Below, piece by piece: positions 7,832 through 17,118 of a stretch of 64,000 nucleotides of DNA (position 1 is the stretch's first letter; each line of letters begins with the position of its first letter). Origin of the DNA: a virus (Duplodnaviria; Caudoviricetes). The notes under the pieces are model-generated. The model did not search any database, had not been told where the DNA came from, and worked only from the letters and a program-made list of their open reading frames with translations. The DNA is taken from positions 1,580 to 65,579 of the IMG/VR virus record IMGVR_UViG_3300021139_001731; one strand, 5' to 3'. The position numbers and the translations under genes are program-made.

Positions 7832-8010
7832 GATACAAAGAACAAGTAAGAGACAATTTAAACAACATTGAAATTAGAGTTAATTATTTAAGACAAGCAA
7901 CTGAGGGTAGTAAGCCTATTACTCCACAGGATGCTATTAAAATGATTGATGAAATTTTATATTCATTAACTAAAGTAAATGAATTAGTAGATTTAGAAAG
8001 AGAAGGATAA
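7828..8010 (+). CDS. Hypothetical 60-aa protein
   Basis: ATGA- and TAATG-coupled on both sides. Confidence 0.55.
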   Translation: MRYKEQVRDNLNNIEIRVNYLRQATEGSKPITPQDAIKMIDEILYSLTKVNELVDLEREG

Positions 8011-9128
8011 TGAACTGGCTTAAATGGTTGGTTGGTATTTCGGCAATAATCATAGCTGGTTGTGCCGCTTTCTTTTCCGTAACGGGTTTAGGTGTTCTAT
8101 TTAGTGGAGCATCTATATCCGTAATGGTTATGGCGGGTTCTTTGGAGTTCGCTAAATTAGTGTCTGCAACATATTTGAAGCAAGAATGGAGTACCCTTAA
8201 GGGGTTTAACAAATGGTATCTTACTTTAGCAATAGGATTATTAATGATAATCACTTCTGCTGGTATATTTGGTTATCTTTCTAACGCATTTCAACAACAA
8301 AATCTTAAATTGCAACAGGTAGATAGAGAAATTGCGATTTATACAACAAAAATACAGCAAAATTCAGCTCAAATTACACAACTTAACACTCAATTAACCA
8401 ATTTATCCTCAACACAAGGTAAAATTTTGGATAATGGTAAGGTAAATAACCGACTTTTACGTTCAATTGATAACAAGGATAAGCAAAGTGCACAAATTAA
8501 CAAAAAAATTAGTGATTTGCAAGATGAAAATGTTAAAAATAACGAAGAAATTAACAAAATTAAGGTTTCTAACTTAGATTTAGAGAAAGAAGTAGGTGGA
8601 TTTCGATTTGTGGCCGAAGCTTTTGGTGTAGAATTGAAAAAAGTAGTAAAATTCTTCATATTTTTGATTGTAATAGTGTTTGACCCACTTGCGGTAGCAC
8701 TTATTATTGCATTTAATGGGTTAATTGGTAAAAAAGAGGAAAAAAAATCAGTATTTCAAAAAGAATTGGAAGATTTTGTTGAAGGATATGATGAAAAAAC
8801 ATACGAAGTGTATGGTGATGGTAAAATTGATGAAAATACAATAAATACTAAATTAAATGAGGTATATGGTGATATAGAAGAGCGAAAAATCTATGATAGT
8901 GGAAAAAATTCACCAATTTTAGGAGAACATGAAGTTATAGAAGAAAAACCACTACCATACTACGAAGAACCTGATTTTGATTGGGAAAATAAAAACTTAT
9001 GGATAAATAATCCAGCCGCAGTTAAGTATTGGATGCAAAATGGTAATTCTATTCACAAATACAATAAATTATATAGGGATCATTTAAAAGAATTAGATAA
9101 TACCGATTCAACAACAAAAACATACTAA
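8010..9128 (+). CDS. Multi-pass membrane protein with coiled coil
   Basis: Three N-terminal hydrophobic segments, Q/N-rich heptad region, further TM segment FFIFLIVIVFDPLAVALIIAF. Confidence 0.7.
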   Translation: MNWLKWLVGISAIIIAGCAAFFSVTGLGVLFSGASISVMVMAGSLEFAKLVSATYLKQEWSTLKGFNKWYLTLAIGLLMIITSAGIFGYLSNAFQQQNLKLQQVDREIAIYTTKIQQNSAQITQLNTQLTNLSSTQGKILDNGKVNNRLLRSIDNKDKQSAQINKKISDLQDENVKNNEEINKIKVSNLDLEKEVGGFRFVAEAFGVELKKVVKFFIFLIVIVFDPLAVALIIAFNGLIGKKEEKKSVFQKELEDFVEGYDEKTYEVYGDGKIDENTINTKLNEVYGDIEERKIYDSGKNSPILGEHEVIEEKPLPYYEEPDFDWENKNLWINNPAAVKYWMQNGNSIHKYNKLYRDHLKELDNTDSTTKTY

Positions 9129-9129
9129 A

Positions 9130-9651
9130 ATGGCACATAAAGAGCAAAAGGATTTTTGCGTTTCAGTTCAATCAAAGTTTCTAGATAAATTTAAAGGAGT
9201 TTCAGTATTGGATATTGGTTCTTTGGATATAAATGGTAATAATCGTTATTTATTTGAAGATTACACTTATGTTGGAATAGATTTAGGTGAAGGTAAAAAT
9301 GTAGATGTAGTTAGTAGAGGACATGAATACAAAACGGATGAAAGATATGATGTTATTATATCTACTGAGTGTTTTGAGCATGATGAATATTGGGTTCAAA
9401 CAATAAACAACATTATTCACCATTTAAAGAGTGGTGGATTATTTTTATTTACTTGTGCAACAGATGGTAGACCTGAACATGGGACTCGTAGAACATCTCC
9501 ACAGGATGCACCATTTGTGGGAGATTATTATAGAAACTTAAATGAAGAAATAATGAAAGGTGAGATAGATTTTGATTCTATATTTAATGATTATAAATTT
9601 AGTAGTAGACAAAATCCATCAGATTTATATTTTTACGGAATTAAAAAATAA
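9130..9651 (+). CDS. Class I SAM-dependent methyltransferase
   Basis: VLDIGS motif I, YDVIISTECFEH, GGLFLFT. Confidence 0.8.
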   Translation: MAHKEQKDFCVSVQSKFLDKFKGVSVLDIGSLDINGNNRYLFEDYTYVGIDLGEGKNVDVVSRGHEYKTDERYDVIISTECFEHDEYWVQTINNIIHHLKSGGLFLFTCATDGRPEHGTRRTSPQDAPFVGDYYRNLNEEIMKGEIDFDSIFNDYKFSSRQNPSDLYFYGIKK

Positions 9652-9657
9652 TAAAAT

Positions 9658-10299
9658 ATGTATTCAGTTATAATACCCACAATGTGGAAAGCAAAAAGAT
9701 TGGGTGAAACATTAAACGAATTATGTGAACATCCGTTAGTTGGTCAAATTATTTTGATTGATAATAGTGGTGGTGAGTTGGGATATGAAATCATACATCC
9801 TAAAATATATCATGTAATCGAAAAAGAAAACACGTATGTAACCGCAGCTTGGAATAAAGGTGTAAACATGGCAAAATATGATAAACTTCTAATTCTAAAT
9901 GATGATATTTGGATGGATTGGAAAATATTAGATATATTAGAACCTCACGTTACTGAACAAAATGGATTAATTGGTTTAGATGAAACGGAATATAATATTG
10001 AACATTACGGACATGAGTTTGGATTAGAACCAATTGAAAGAAGAAATGGTGGTTGGGGTTGTGCAATCTTTGTTCATAAAGAAAACTATTCTCCAATACC
10101 AGAAGAAATGAAATTATGGGGACAAGATGATTGGTTATTTGTAAAAGCTAGAAATAGGAGAAAACAAAATTATAAATTAGTAGGATATACTATTTATGGT
10201 GAATTATCGGTTACAAACAATATTTTAGATGCAGATCCTAAAATACAAGAAATTAGAGAAAATGATTTAAGATTAAAAGATTATTATAACTTATATTAA
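9658..10299 (+). CDS. Glycosyltransferase family 2-like
   Basis: YSVIIPT, IILIDNS, AWNKGV, ILNDDI, WGQDD. Confidence 0.8.
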   Translation: MYSVIIPTMWKAKRLGETLNELCEHPLVGQIILIDNSGGELGYEIIHPKIYHVIEKENTYVTAAWNKGVNMAKYDKLLILNDDIWMDWKILDILEPHVTEQNGLIGLDETEYNIEHYGHEFGLEPIERRNGGWGCAIFVHKENYSPIPEEMKLWGQDDWLFVKARNRRKQNYKLVGYTIYGELSVTNNILDADPKIQEIRENDLRLKDYYNLY

Positions 10300-10304
10300 G
10301 AATT

Positions 10305-10961
10305 ATGTATTTACAAACACCTTACAAAATCAGTTACGATACACAAAAGTATCCATTTAGACAAATTGTTTCAAAAATGTTAGAAGTATGGGAGGGTGAT
10401 ACCATTCCATTAGAAGATTTACACACATTGGAACATTATGATTTATTTGTTAGAGAAAAAGACCAAGCAACGATTTGGCATAAAAGATATTACGAAAAAT
10501 ATAAAACCGAATTCTTACCTACTTACTTAGAATTAGTAAAAGAGCTTAAAGAAAGATTTGGTTATGATGAAGTTATTTATCAAGCTATACCAACATTTAG
10601 AGTTCAATTAGCAGAAGGTAATTTGGGAGTGGGTGAGTGGCATAAAGATAGAACTTACAATCATGGAGTGACAGAGGTTAATTTTTGGATGCCATTTGTA
10701 AATACCAACGAACAAAATACAATTTGGATGGAGAGTGTAGAAGATAAGGGTGATTACAAACCATATACTGTTAATTATGGTGAAATATTAGTATTTAGTG
10801 GTGCAAATTTATATCATGGTAATAAAAACAATGATAGTAGCCAAACAAGAGTATCAGTTGATTTTCGTTTAGTAGATCCAGCTAAATTTATACCAAATGA
10901 GGCAGGTTCAATTAATATGAAGGCAAAATTTGATATTGGTGGTTATTTTGAGAAATTATAG
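10305..10961 (+). CDS. 2OG-Fe(II)/PhyH-fold dioxygenase, StrG-like
   Basis: WHKD, NFWMPF, HGN, RVSVDFR. Confidence 0.65.
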   Translation: MYLQTPYKISYDTQKYPFRQIVSKMLEVWEGDTIPLEDLHTLEHYDLFVREKDQATIWHKRYYEKYKTEFLPTYLELVKELKERFGYDEVIYQAIPTFRVQLAEGNLGVGEWHKDRTYNHGVTEVNFWMPFVNTNEQNTIWMESVEDKGDYKPYTVNYGEILVFSGANLYHGNKNNDSSQTRVSVDFRLVDPAKFIPNEAGSINMKAKFDIGGYFEKL

Positions 10962-10963
10962 AT

Positions 10964-11998
10964 ATGCTAGATATAATATGTGTAGGTGGTTCAAACACAT
11001 CATTTAGACGTCCTGAAAAAGCTAGGTTTAACGAAGGGTATTGTCCTGATGCAGATGTCGATAATGCTGGTACTGGTTCTTATCCTGAAGTAATACATAG
11101 ACATTTTGGAAATAAAGTATATAATTTAGGGGTAGCAGGTAATTCCGTTCAAACTGCTGTATTATCTGTTATATCACTTGCAAATAAATTAATTAATAGT
11201 GGAAATAATAATTTTTCTATAATATTTAATTGTTCTGAGTTTTATAGACAATCTATGTATTTTTCAGATAAAATGTTAAAAATAAAAAATATAACAGATA
11301 TTGATAATAATCCTGTTATAAACAATTATTTATTTCAACCTGATAAATCTGGATTTTTCTTATTAGGTGGTGTTCAAAATATATCAAAGGATTCATATTC
11401 AGATAGTAATTTATTTAAAATTGCAAAAGCATATTCAGAACATTTATTTTCATTTGAAGAGTGTGAATTAAAAGCACTTACTCATTTATTATTATTTCAA
11501 AATTTTTGTAAAGTAAATAATATACCTTATAAAATATTTTTTGACTTTGATAACTTTTCATTTCCAGATATGAATTGGTTTGATTTGGATAAAACAAATG
11601 AAGAAACTTATTTTAAATCATATTTCATAGATAAAAAATTAACAAAAAAAGAACCATTGGGCCATATTAAAAAAGATCCGTATGTTTATGATTTATTTAA
11701 AATGTTAGATTTAAATAATTGTTGGTTTTACGAAACTGATGAAATTAAGTATGGTGGTATTCATGAATGGATATTTAAAAATAATGAATATAAAGCAGGG
11801 GATTCCGAATATATTGCATTTCATTTTGAAGATACAGAAAAAACACCAAATGAATTAAAAGATAAACCAACATTACTTAATATTCAAAGTGCAAAAGAAA
11901 AAATGAAAAAAGGTGTATTTTTTGAAACTGCTCATCCGACTTATTACTATTGGGAAAAATTTGTTAAAGAAGTTATGATTAATTGGAATTTATTCTAA
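10964..11998 (+). CDS. SGNH-like protein (divergent)
   Basis: GGSNT block I, NLGVAGNS block II, terminal AHP. Confidence 0.5.
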   Translation: MLDIICVGGSNTSFRRPEKARFNEGYCPDADVDNAGTGSYPEVIHRHFGNKVYNLGVAGNSVQTAVLSVISLANKLINSGNNNFSIIFNCSEFYRQSMYFSDKMLKIKNITDIDNNPVINNYLFQPDKSGFFLLGGVQNISKDSYSDSNLFKIAKAYSEHLFSFEECELKALTHLLLFQNFCKVNNIPYKIFFDFDNFSFPDMNWFDLDKTNEETYFKSYFIDKKLTKKEPLGHIKKDPYVYDLFKMLDLNNCWFYETDEIKYGGIHEWIFKNNEYKAGDSEYIAFHFEDTEKTPNELKDKPTLLNIQSAKEKMKKGVFFETAHPTYYYWEKFVKEVMINWNLF

Positions 11999-12004
11999 AT
12001 ATTA

Positions 12005-12036
12005 TTTGGAAATTTAATTAATTAAATGTATATTTG
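12005..12036 (+). promoter_or_regulatory. Bacteroidota-type -33/-7 promoter
   Basis: TTTG 12005-12008, 20-nt spacer, TAtaTTTG 12029-12036. Confidence 0.75.
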
Positions 12037-12053
12037 AGTATTAAACATTACAT

Positions 12054-12671
12054 ATGATAAAAATAGTAACAGACAAGGGAATATTAAAACAACCAATTCC
12101 TAACACACCATTCACTAAAGAAGAACAAGATTTAGCAACAGCTGCATTATTAACCGCAGTAACCGAACAACAAGGTTTAGGTATGAGTGCAAATCAAATT
12201 GGATTAAATAAAAGAATTTGTGTAATTAATGTGAGAGAAACTCCATTAGTATTAGTTAATCCAGAAATAGTTGATGAAGGACAAGAAAAATTGGTTTATT
12301 TTGAAGGTTGTTTATCTTTACCCAAAACAATGAAAAAACCTATTAAGACAGTTCGTTCTTATAATGTAAAGGTAAAAGCAGATAATTTTCCTGACGTATT
12401 AGAATTTGGTACGGAAGAAAGAAATCACGAAGATATTAATAAATTATTTAGTGATTTAGGATTATTAGAATCAGTTTGTGTTCAACATGAAATTGACCAC
12501 TTAAATGGTTTAACAATTAGAGATAGACAATATACTGAAACTGTACGTTTAACTGCATTTGCTAAATTAGGTAGAAATGAAAGATTTATTCTTAAAAAGG
12601 GTGAAGAAACACGTTCAGTTAAGAAAAAGAACCTATCAACTTACTTAGAACAAGGATGGGAGGTAGTATAA
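12054..12671 (+). CDS. def: Peptide deformylase
   Basis: All three motifs present: GLGMSANQIG, EGCLS, QHEIDHLNG. Confidence 0.95.
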   Translation: MIKIVTDKGILKQPIPNTPFTKEEQDLATAALLTAVTEQQGLGMSANQIGLNKRICVINVRETPLVLVNPEIVDEGQEKLVYFEGCLSLPKTMKKPIKTVRSYNVKVKADNFPDVLEFGTEERNHEDINKLFSDLGLLESVCVQHEIDHLNGLTIRDRQYTETVRLTAFAKLGRNERFILKKGEETRSVKKKNLSTYLEQGWEVV

Positions 12672-12672
12672 T

Positions 12673-12945
12673 ATGTTTGTAATATTAACAATATTAGTTT
12701 TACTTACATTGGGTTATATAATTTGGAATCTCCTAAAAAAATTGGAGAAAATGGAAGAATTATTAGAAGCTCAGGATTTAAAACTACAATATAATTTAGA
12801 TAAACTTATTGCAATGTATGTAGCAATGAAAGAAATAGATACCAATGGTGCATTTGAAAGTGATGATGAAGTTGGTGCCATATTTAATGATTTGAAAGAT
12901 ACTATTGAAAAAAACTTAAAAGAAATAGAAGAAACTAATGGGTAG
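12673..12945 (+). CDS. Membrane-anchored coiled-coil hypothetical protein
   Basis: N-terminal hydrophobic helix followed by heptads. Confidence 0.6.
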   Translation: MFVILTILVLLTLGYIIWNLLKKLEKMEELLEAQDLKLQYNLDKLIAMYVAMKEIDTNGAFESDDEVGAIFNDLKDTIEKNLKEIEETNG

Positions 12946-13666
12946 AAAGAAAAAAGACACCCGTTACTTTACGGAGCAAACGGAAGCTGCTATTATAGCA
13001 TATAATAAATCAGATAATCAAATTGAAAGAAATAGATTATATGCAGAACATATCCACTATTCATTTTATAAGTTAGCTGAGAATGTTTTAAATACATGGG
13101 GATTTACATACTTTGATGATGATAAAGAAGATATTAAATTTGAAGTAATTTCATTTCTTTTAGAAAAAATACATAAATTTGAAGAAGGTAAGGGTAAAGC
13201 ATTTAGTTATTTTACAATTGCAGCTAGAAATTATCTTATTTTAAATAATAATGCAAATTACAAAAGATTTAAAGCAACATCACAATTAAGTACAATGCCT
13301 GAAAGTTGGGATTTAGAAAATGATTTTAAACAAGTAAATCATAATGATGAGTTTAAAACATTCAATGAAAGAATGTTGCAATATTGGGATTTGAATCTTA
13401 ATAGAGAATTTACAAAAAAAAGAGATATTCAAATTGCAGATGCTGTTTTAGAATTATTTAGAAGAGCAGAATATATAGAATCATTTAATAAAAAATCGTT
13501 ATACTTATTGGTGAGAGAAATGACAGGTTATAAAACACATTATATAACTAAAGTTGTTTCTAAAATGAAAGAAACTCAAATGAAATTGTATTATCAATTT
13601 TTAGATGAGGGGGATATTACACAAGAATCAAAAGACCCTTTTTGGAAGAGAGTAATAACTAAATGA
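12938..13666 (+). CDS. Phage sigma factor (sigma70 region 2 / T4 gp55-like)
   Basis: KFEEGKGKAFSYFTIAARNYLI resembles region 2.3-2.4 of phage late sigma factors. Confidence 0.6.
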   Translation: MGRKKKDTRYFTEQTEAAIIAYNKSDNQIERNRLYAEHIHYSFYKLAENVLNTWGFTYFDDDKEDIKFEVISFLLEKIHKFEEGKGKAFSYFTIAARNYLILNNNANYKRFKATSQLSTMPESWDLENDFKQVNHNDEFKTFNERMLQYWDLNLNREFTKKRDIQIADAVLELFRRAEYIESFNKKSLYLLVREMTGYKTHYITKVVSKMKETQMKLYYQFLDEGDITQESKDPFWKRVITK

Positions 13667-15360
13667 GAATACTAGGTATATCAGCTTTTTACCACGACTC
13701 AGCAGCTGCATTAATTGTAGATGGTAAGGTCTTGTCTGCACAAGAGGAAGAAAGATTTACCGGTATTAAACATGACCAAAGATTTCCTATCAATTCGATT
13801 AATTGGATTCTAAAACAAAATAAACTTAAGATTAATCAAATAGATAAAATTGTTTGGTACGAAGATCCTAAAAAGAAATACGAAAGATTTAAAGAACAAT
13901 ATCACAAATATTTTCCTAAAACATGGAGATTAACTAAAAAGTTATTGACATGGAAAGGTAATAATGATATTGATTCTATTATTAGAAATACATTAAAGTA
14001 TAGAGGTGAAATAAAATATTGTGAACATCATCTTTCTCACTTAGCATATTCATTCTATACATCACCATTTACCGATGCACATTTATTCTCCGTTGATGGA
14101 GTTGGTGAAAACGAAACAGCCGTATTAGGGTTGGGATTAAAAGGTAAATACATTCAACAATTAGAAAGAAATTATTTTCCACATTCATTAGGATTATTAT
14201 ACGCATCCGTTACAGCATTCTTAGGATTCAAACCTAATAGTGGTGAATACAAAGTTATGGGATTAGCAGCTTATGGTAATCCTAAAGATGTGTATAGAGA
14301 ACAATTTGAAAAGTTAGCAAAACTAAACGGAAACACATTAGAATTGGATTTGAAATATTTTTCATTCCATTATTCAGAAAGAGGTATGTTTACCGAAAAA
14401 ATGGCTGAGTTATTCAATCAAGCACCAAGAACACCTGAAAGTGAAATTGAACCACAATATATGGACATTGCATTTTCATTACAAGCTCATTACGAAAGAT
14501 TATTCTTTGCAATGTTGAATAAATTTCATTCACACTACCCAATGGATAATTTATGTTTAAGTGGTGGTTGTGCATATAATGGTTTAGCAAATGGTAAGAT
14601 AACCTTAAATACTCCTTATAAGAATGTTTATGTACCACCTGCTCCATCTGATGCCGGTAGTGCTATTGGTTGTGCATTATATGAGTTTTACAAATCAAAT
14701 CCTACACATTCAAAGGTAGATAACCATAATCCCTATTTAGGTCCTCATTATCACAATGCAGATTATCTTAATGTACTTCATAGACTTGTTCCTAAAGATA
14801 AGATTAAACACACTCTAAACCCTATGGCGCTACATAAGCAGGTTGCTGCGTTAATTCACAAAGGAGCAATTGTAGGTTGGTTCAAAGGAAGTAGTGAATT
14901 TGGACAAAGAGCATTGGGACATCGTTCTATTTTAGCAAATCCAACTATTCCAGATATTAAACCTAAAGTTAATAGAGTTATTAAAAAGAGAGAAGGTTTC
15001 CGACCATTTGCTCCTATGGTAACGGCAGATGAAGCTAATAACTACTTTGAAATGTTGGGACAAGAAGTTCCTTATATGAATCAGGTATTTAAAGTTAAGG
15101 ATGGTTTTATTGCAGGTTTACCATCAATTACTCACGCCGATGGAACAGCAAGAGTTCAGACAGTAAAAAGAGAATTTAATACAGACATATATTTCTTACT
15201 TAAGGAATTTAAAAAATTAAGTGGATATCCTATTCTACTTAACACCTCATTCAATTTAAGAGGTCAAACAATGGTATTAGATCCTGAAACTGCTATTAAA
15301 ACATTTTACGATTGTGAAATGGATTATTTAGTTTTAGGTAGTTATATCATTAGTAAGTAA
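13663..15360 (+). CDS. Carbamoyltransferase (NodU/CmcH family)
   Basis: YHDSAAAL, EEERF, EHHLSH, GEYKVMGLAAYG, SGGCAYN, EFGQRALGHRSIL, KREGFRPFAP, LLNTSFN. Confidence 0.95.
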   Translation: MRILGISAFYHDSAAALIVDGKVLSAQEEERFTGIKHDQRFPINSINWILKQNKLKINQIDKIVWYEDPKKKYERFKEQYHKYFPKTWRLTKKLLTWKGNNDIDSIIRNTLKYRGEIKYCEHHLSHLAYSFYTSPFTDAHLFSVDGVGENETAVLGLGLKGKYIQQLERNYFPHSLGLLYASVTAFLGFKPNSGEYKVMGLAAYGNPKDVYREQFEKLAKLNGNTLELDLKYFSFHYSERGMFTEKMAELFNQAPRTPESEIEPQYMDIAFSLQAHYERLFFAMLNKFHSHYPMDNLCLSGGCAYNGLANGKITLNTPYKNVYVPPAPSDAGSAIGCALYEFYKSNPTHSKVDNHNPYLGPHYHNADYLNVLHRLVPKDKIKHTLNPMALHKQVAALIHKGAIVGWFKGSSEFGQRALGHRSILANPTIPDIKPKVNRVIKKREGFRPFAPMVTADEANNYFEMLGQEVPYMNQVFKVKDGFIAGLPSITHADGTARVQTVKREFNTDIYFLLKEFKKLSGYPILLNTSFNLRGQTMVLDPETAIKTFYDCEMDYLVLGSYIISK

Positions 15361-15375
15361 GTTTTTATTTACACA

Positions 15376-15384
15376 ATATTTATA
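15376..15384 (+). promoter_or_regulatory. ATATTTATA motif, candidate late promoter of the baseplate operon
   Basis: 10 nt upstream of ATG 15395. Confidence 0.5.
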
Positions 15385-15394
15385 AAAAAGATTT

Positions 15395-15817
15395 ATGGCA
15401 AGCGTAGACATGAATTTTCCCTTATTTAAGGGAAAAACATTTAGTGATTTGTTGGGAGACATTTACGAAAACCAACAAGCAAAAAAGAAAAACATTTCAG
15501 CATTAATTGAAGAAATGAGAAAGTTAGTTACTTCAACAAGAGATGTAGTGACCGTTGGTCCTATTATTACTCAATTGATAGAAGCTAGTATTAGTAATGA
15601 TGACCACCTTATTAAGATTGCAAACATAGCACAAAAGTTAGTATTAGCAAACACTAAAAAAGCTGGAGATGAAGGTTGGTTAAGTGAAGATGATAAGAAA
15701 GCTCTATTAGAGGAAATGGATGCGACCGCAAAAGAAATAACACAAAATACAGAAGATAAGATTGAAGATTTAGAATTTGAAATTGAAAACTTAAAAGAAA
15801 CATTGGGTAGTAAATAA
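15395..15817 (+). CDS. Conserved-looking helical hypothetical protein heading the structural operon
   Basis: 140-aa ORF, TAATG-coupled to the next gene. Confidence 0.65.
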   Translation: MASVDMNFPLFKGKTFSDLLGDIYENQQAKKKNISALIEEMRKLVTSTRDVVTVGPIITQLIEASISNDDHLIKIANIAQKLVLANTKKAGDEGWLSEDDKKALLEEMDATAKEITQNTEDKIEDLEFEIENLKETLGSK

Positions 15818-17118
15818 TGGCTAATTTTTTCCAATCACAACAAGTTTCTGCAAATTTTGCACCTAATACAACTGGATTGCAATACGACATTGCATTGGTT
15901 CATAGTGTAGTATTGAATATAAGTGATATTAAAAATCCAATACAAGATTTAGATAAAGCATATTCTGAATTTAAAGATAGTGATTATATAGACAAAGATG
16001 GATTATATTATGGTGCTATTTATTATAGAAAGCCTGGTGCAGCGGTTGAAATAAATGAAGATAAATTATCGGTTGCATATCCTTTAAGAAGAGAGTTTTT
16101 ACAAATACCCGTAAAAAATGAGACTGTAAGAATTTATAATATATCGGGTAGAGATTATTACGAAAAAATAACTCCAGAAAATTCTCCAAATTTTAATACA
16201 GATACAACATTAGTTTTATATGGATTGAAAACTACAAAGGAGACTGATGGTGGTAGTAATAGTAATTTAAACAATTATCAAGAAACTTCACAAACGGGTA
16301 TAGCTAATTCGGATAAAGGTACAAATACTTCTGATAATATAAAGGATGGGTTTGGTGGTAAATATTTTAAAAGAAATATGAAAATTCATCAATTAGCTAT
16401 GAATGAGGGCGATACTATAATTCAAGGTAGATTTGGACATTCAATTCGTTTTAGTGGATATATACATGATGATAAAACAAATGGAACATCTTATCCTGCA
16501 ATATTAATTCGTAATGGAGAAAGTTCTAATAATCAACAAAAGAAAATATATGATGTAGTAAGTGAGGATGTAAATGGTGATGGTAGTTCAATACAAATAA
16601 CATCCGGTCAATATAAAACACTTTTTAATTCTACAAATGTAAAAGTTAGTAAAGAAGCAAATTCTAACTATCCATCTTCAGATAATTTAATTGGAGATCA
16701 AATAGTAGTTAATACAGGTAGAATAATTCTTTCATCAAAAAATGCAGAGACATTTTTGTTTAGTAAAAAAACATTTAGTATCTTTACTGATGATATTGTT
16801 ACAATAGATACTGAAAAGGGTTATACACTTATTTCTCAAAATGGTAATATTGAAATAAATGCTAAAAATAATAAAAATGTTATATTAGCAGTTAATAGTG
16901 GTGGTAAAGTATTTCATGGTAAAGATGGTGCAGACCAACAGGCTATCTTAGGTAACAAATTAGTAGATTTATTGGGACAATTAATCGATGCAATAGATGC
17001 TATGACAATTGCAACACCATCTGGTCCATCGGCTCCTGGTCCTATTGATAAATCACCATTTAATAATATAAAGAATCAATTGAAAGATACTCTATCTAAA
17101 AACAATTACCTTATCTAA
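15817..17118 (+). CDS. Baseplate hub/spike protein (gp5/gpV-like)
   Basis: QIPVKNETV OB-fold-like segment, beta-repeat C-terminus, AILGNKL...TPSGPS tip motif; position before gp25. Confidence 0.55.
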   Translation: MANFFQSQQVSANFAPNTTGLQYDIALVHSVVLNISDIKNPIQDLDKAYSEFKDSDYIDKDGLYYGAIYYRKPGAAVEINEDKLSVAYPLRREFLQIPVKNETVRIYNISGRDYYEKITPENSPNFNTDTTLVLYGLKTTKETDGGSNSNLNNYQETSQTGIANSDKGTNTSDNIKDGFGGKYFKRNMKIHQLAMNEGDTIIQGRFGHSIRFSGYIHDDKTNGTSYPAILIRNGESSNNQQKKIYDVVSEDVNGDGSSIQITSGQYKTLFNSTNVKVSKEANSNYPSSDNLIGDQIVVNTGRIILSSKNAETFLFSKKTFSIFTDDIVTIDTEKGYTLISQNGNIEINAKNNKNVILAVNSGGKVFHGKDGADQQAILGNKLVDLLGQLIDAIDAMTIATPSGPSAPGPIDKSPFNNIKNQLKDTLSKNNYLI

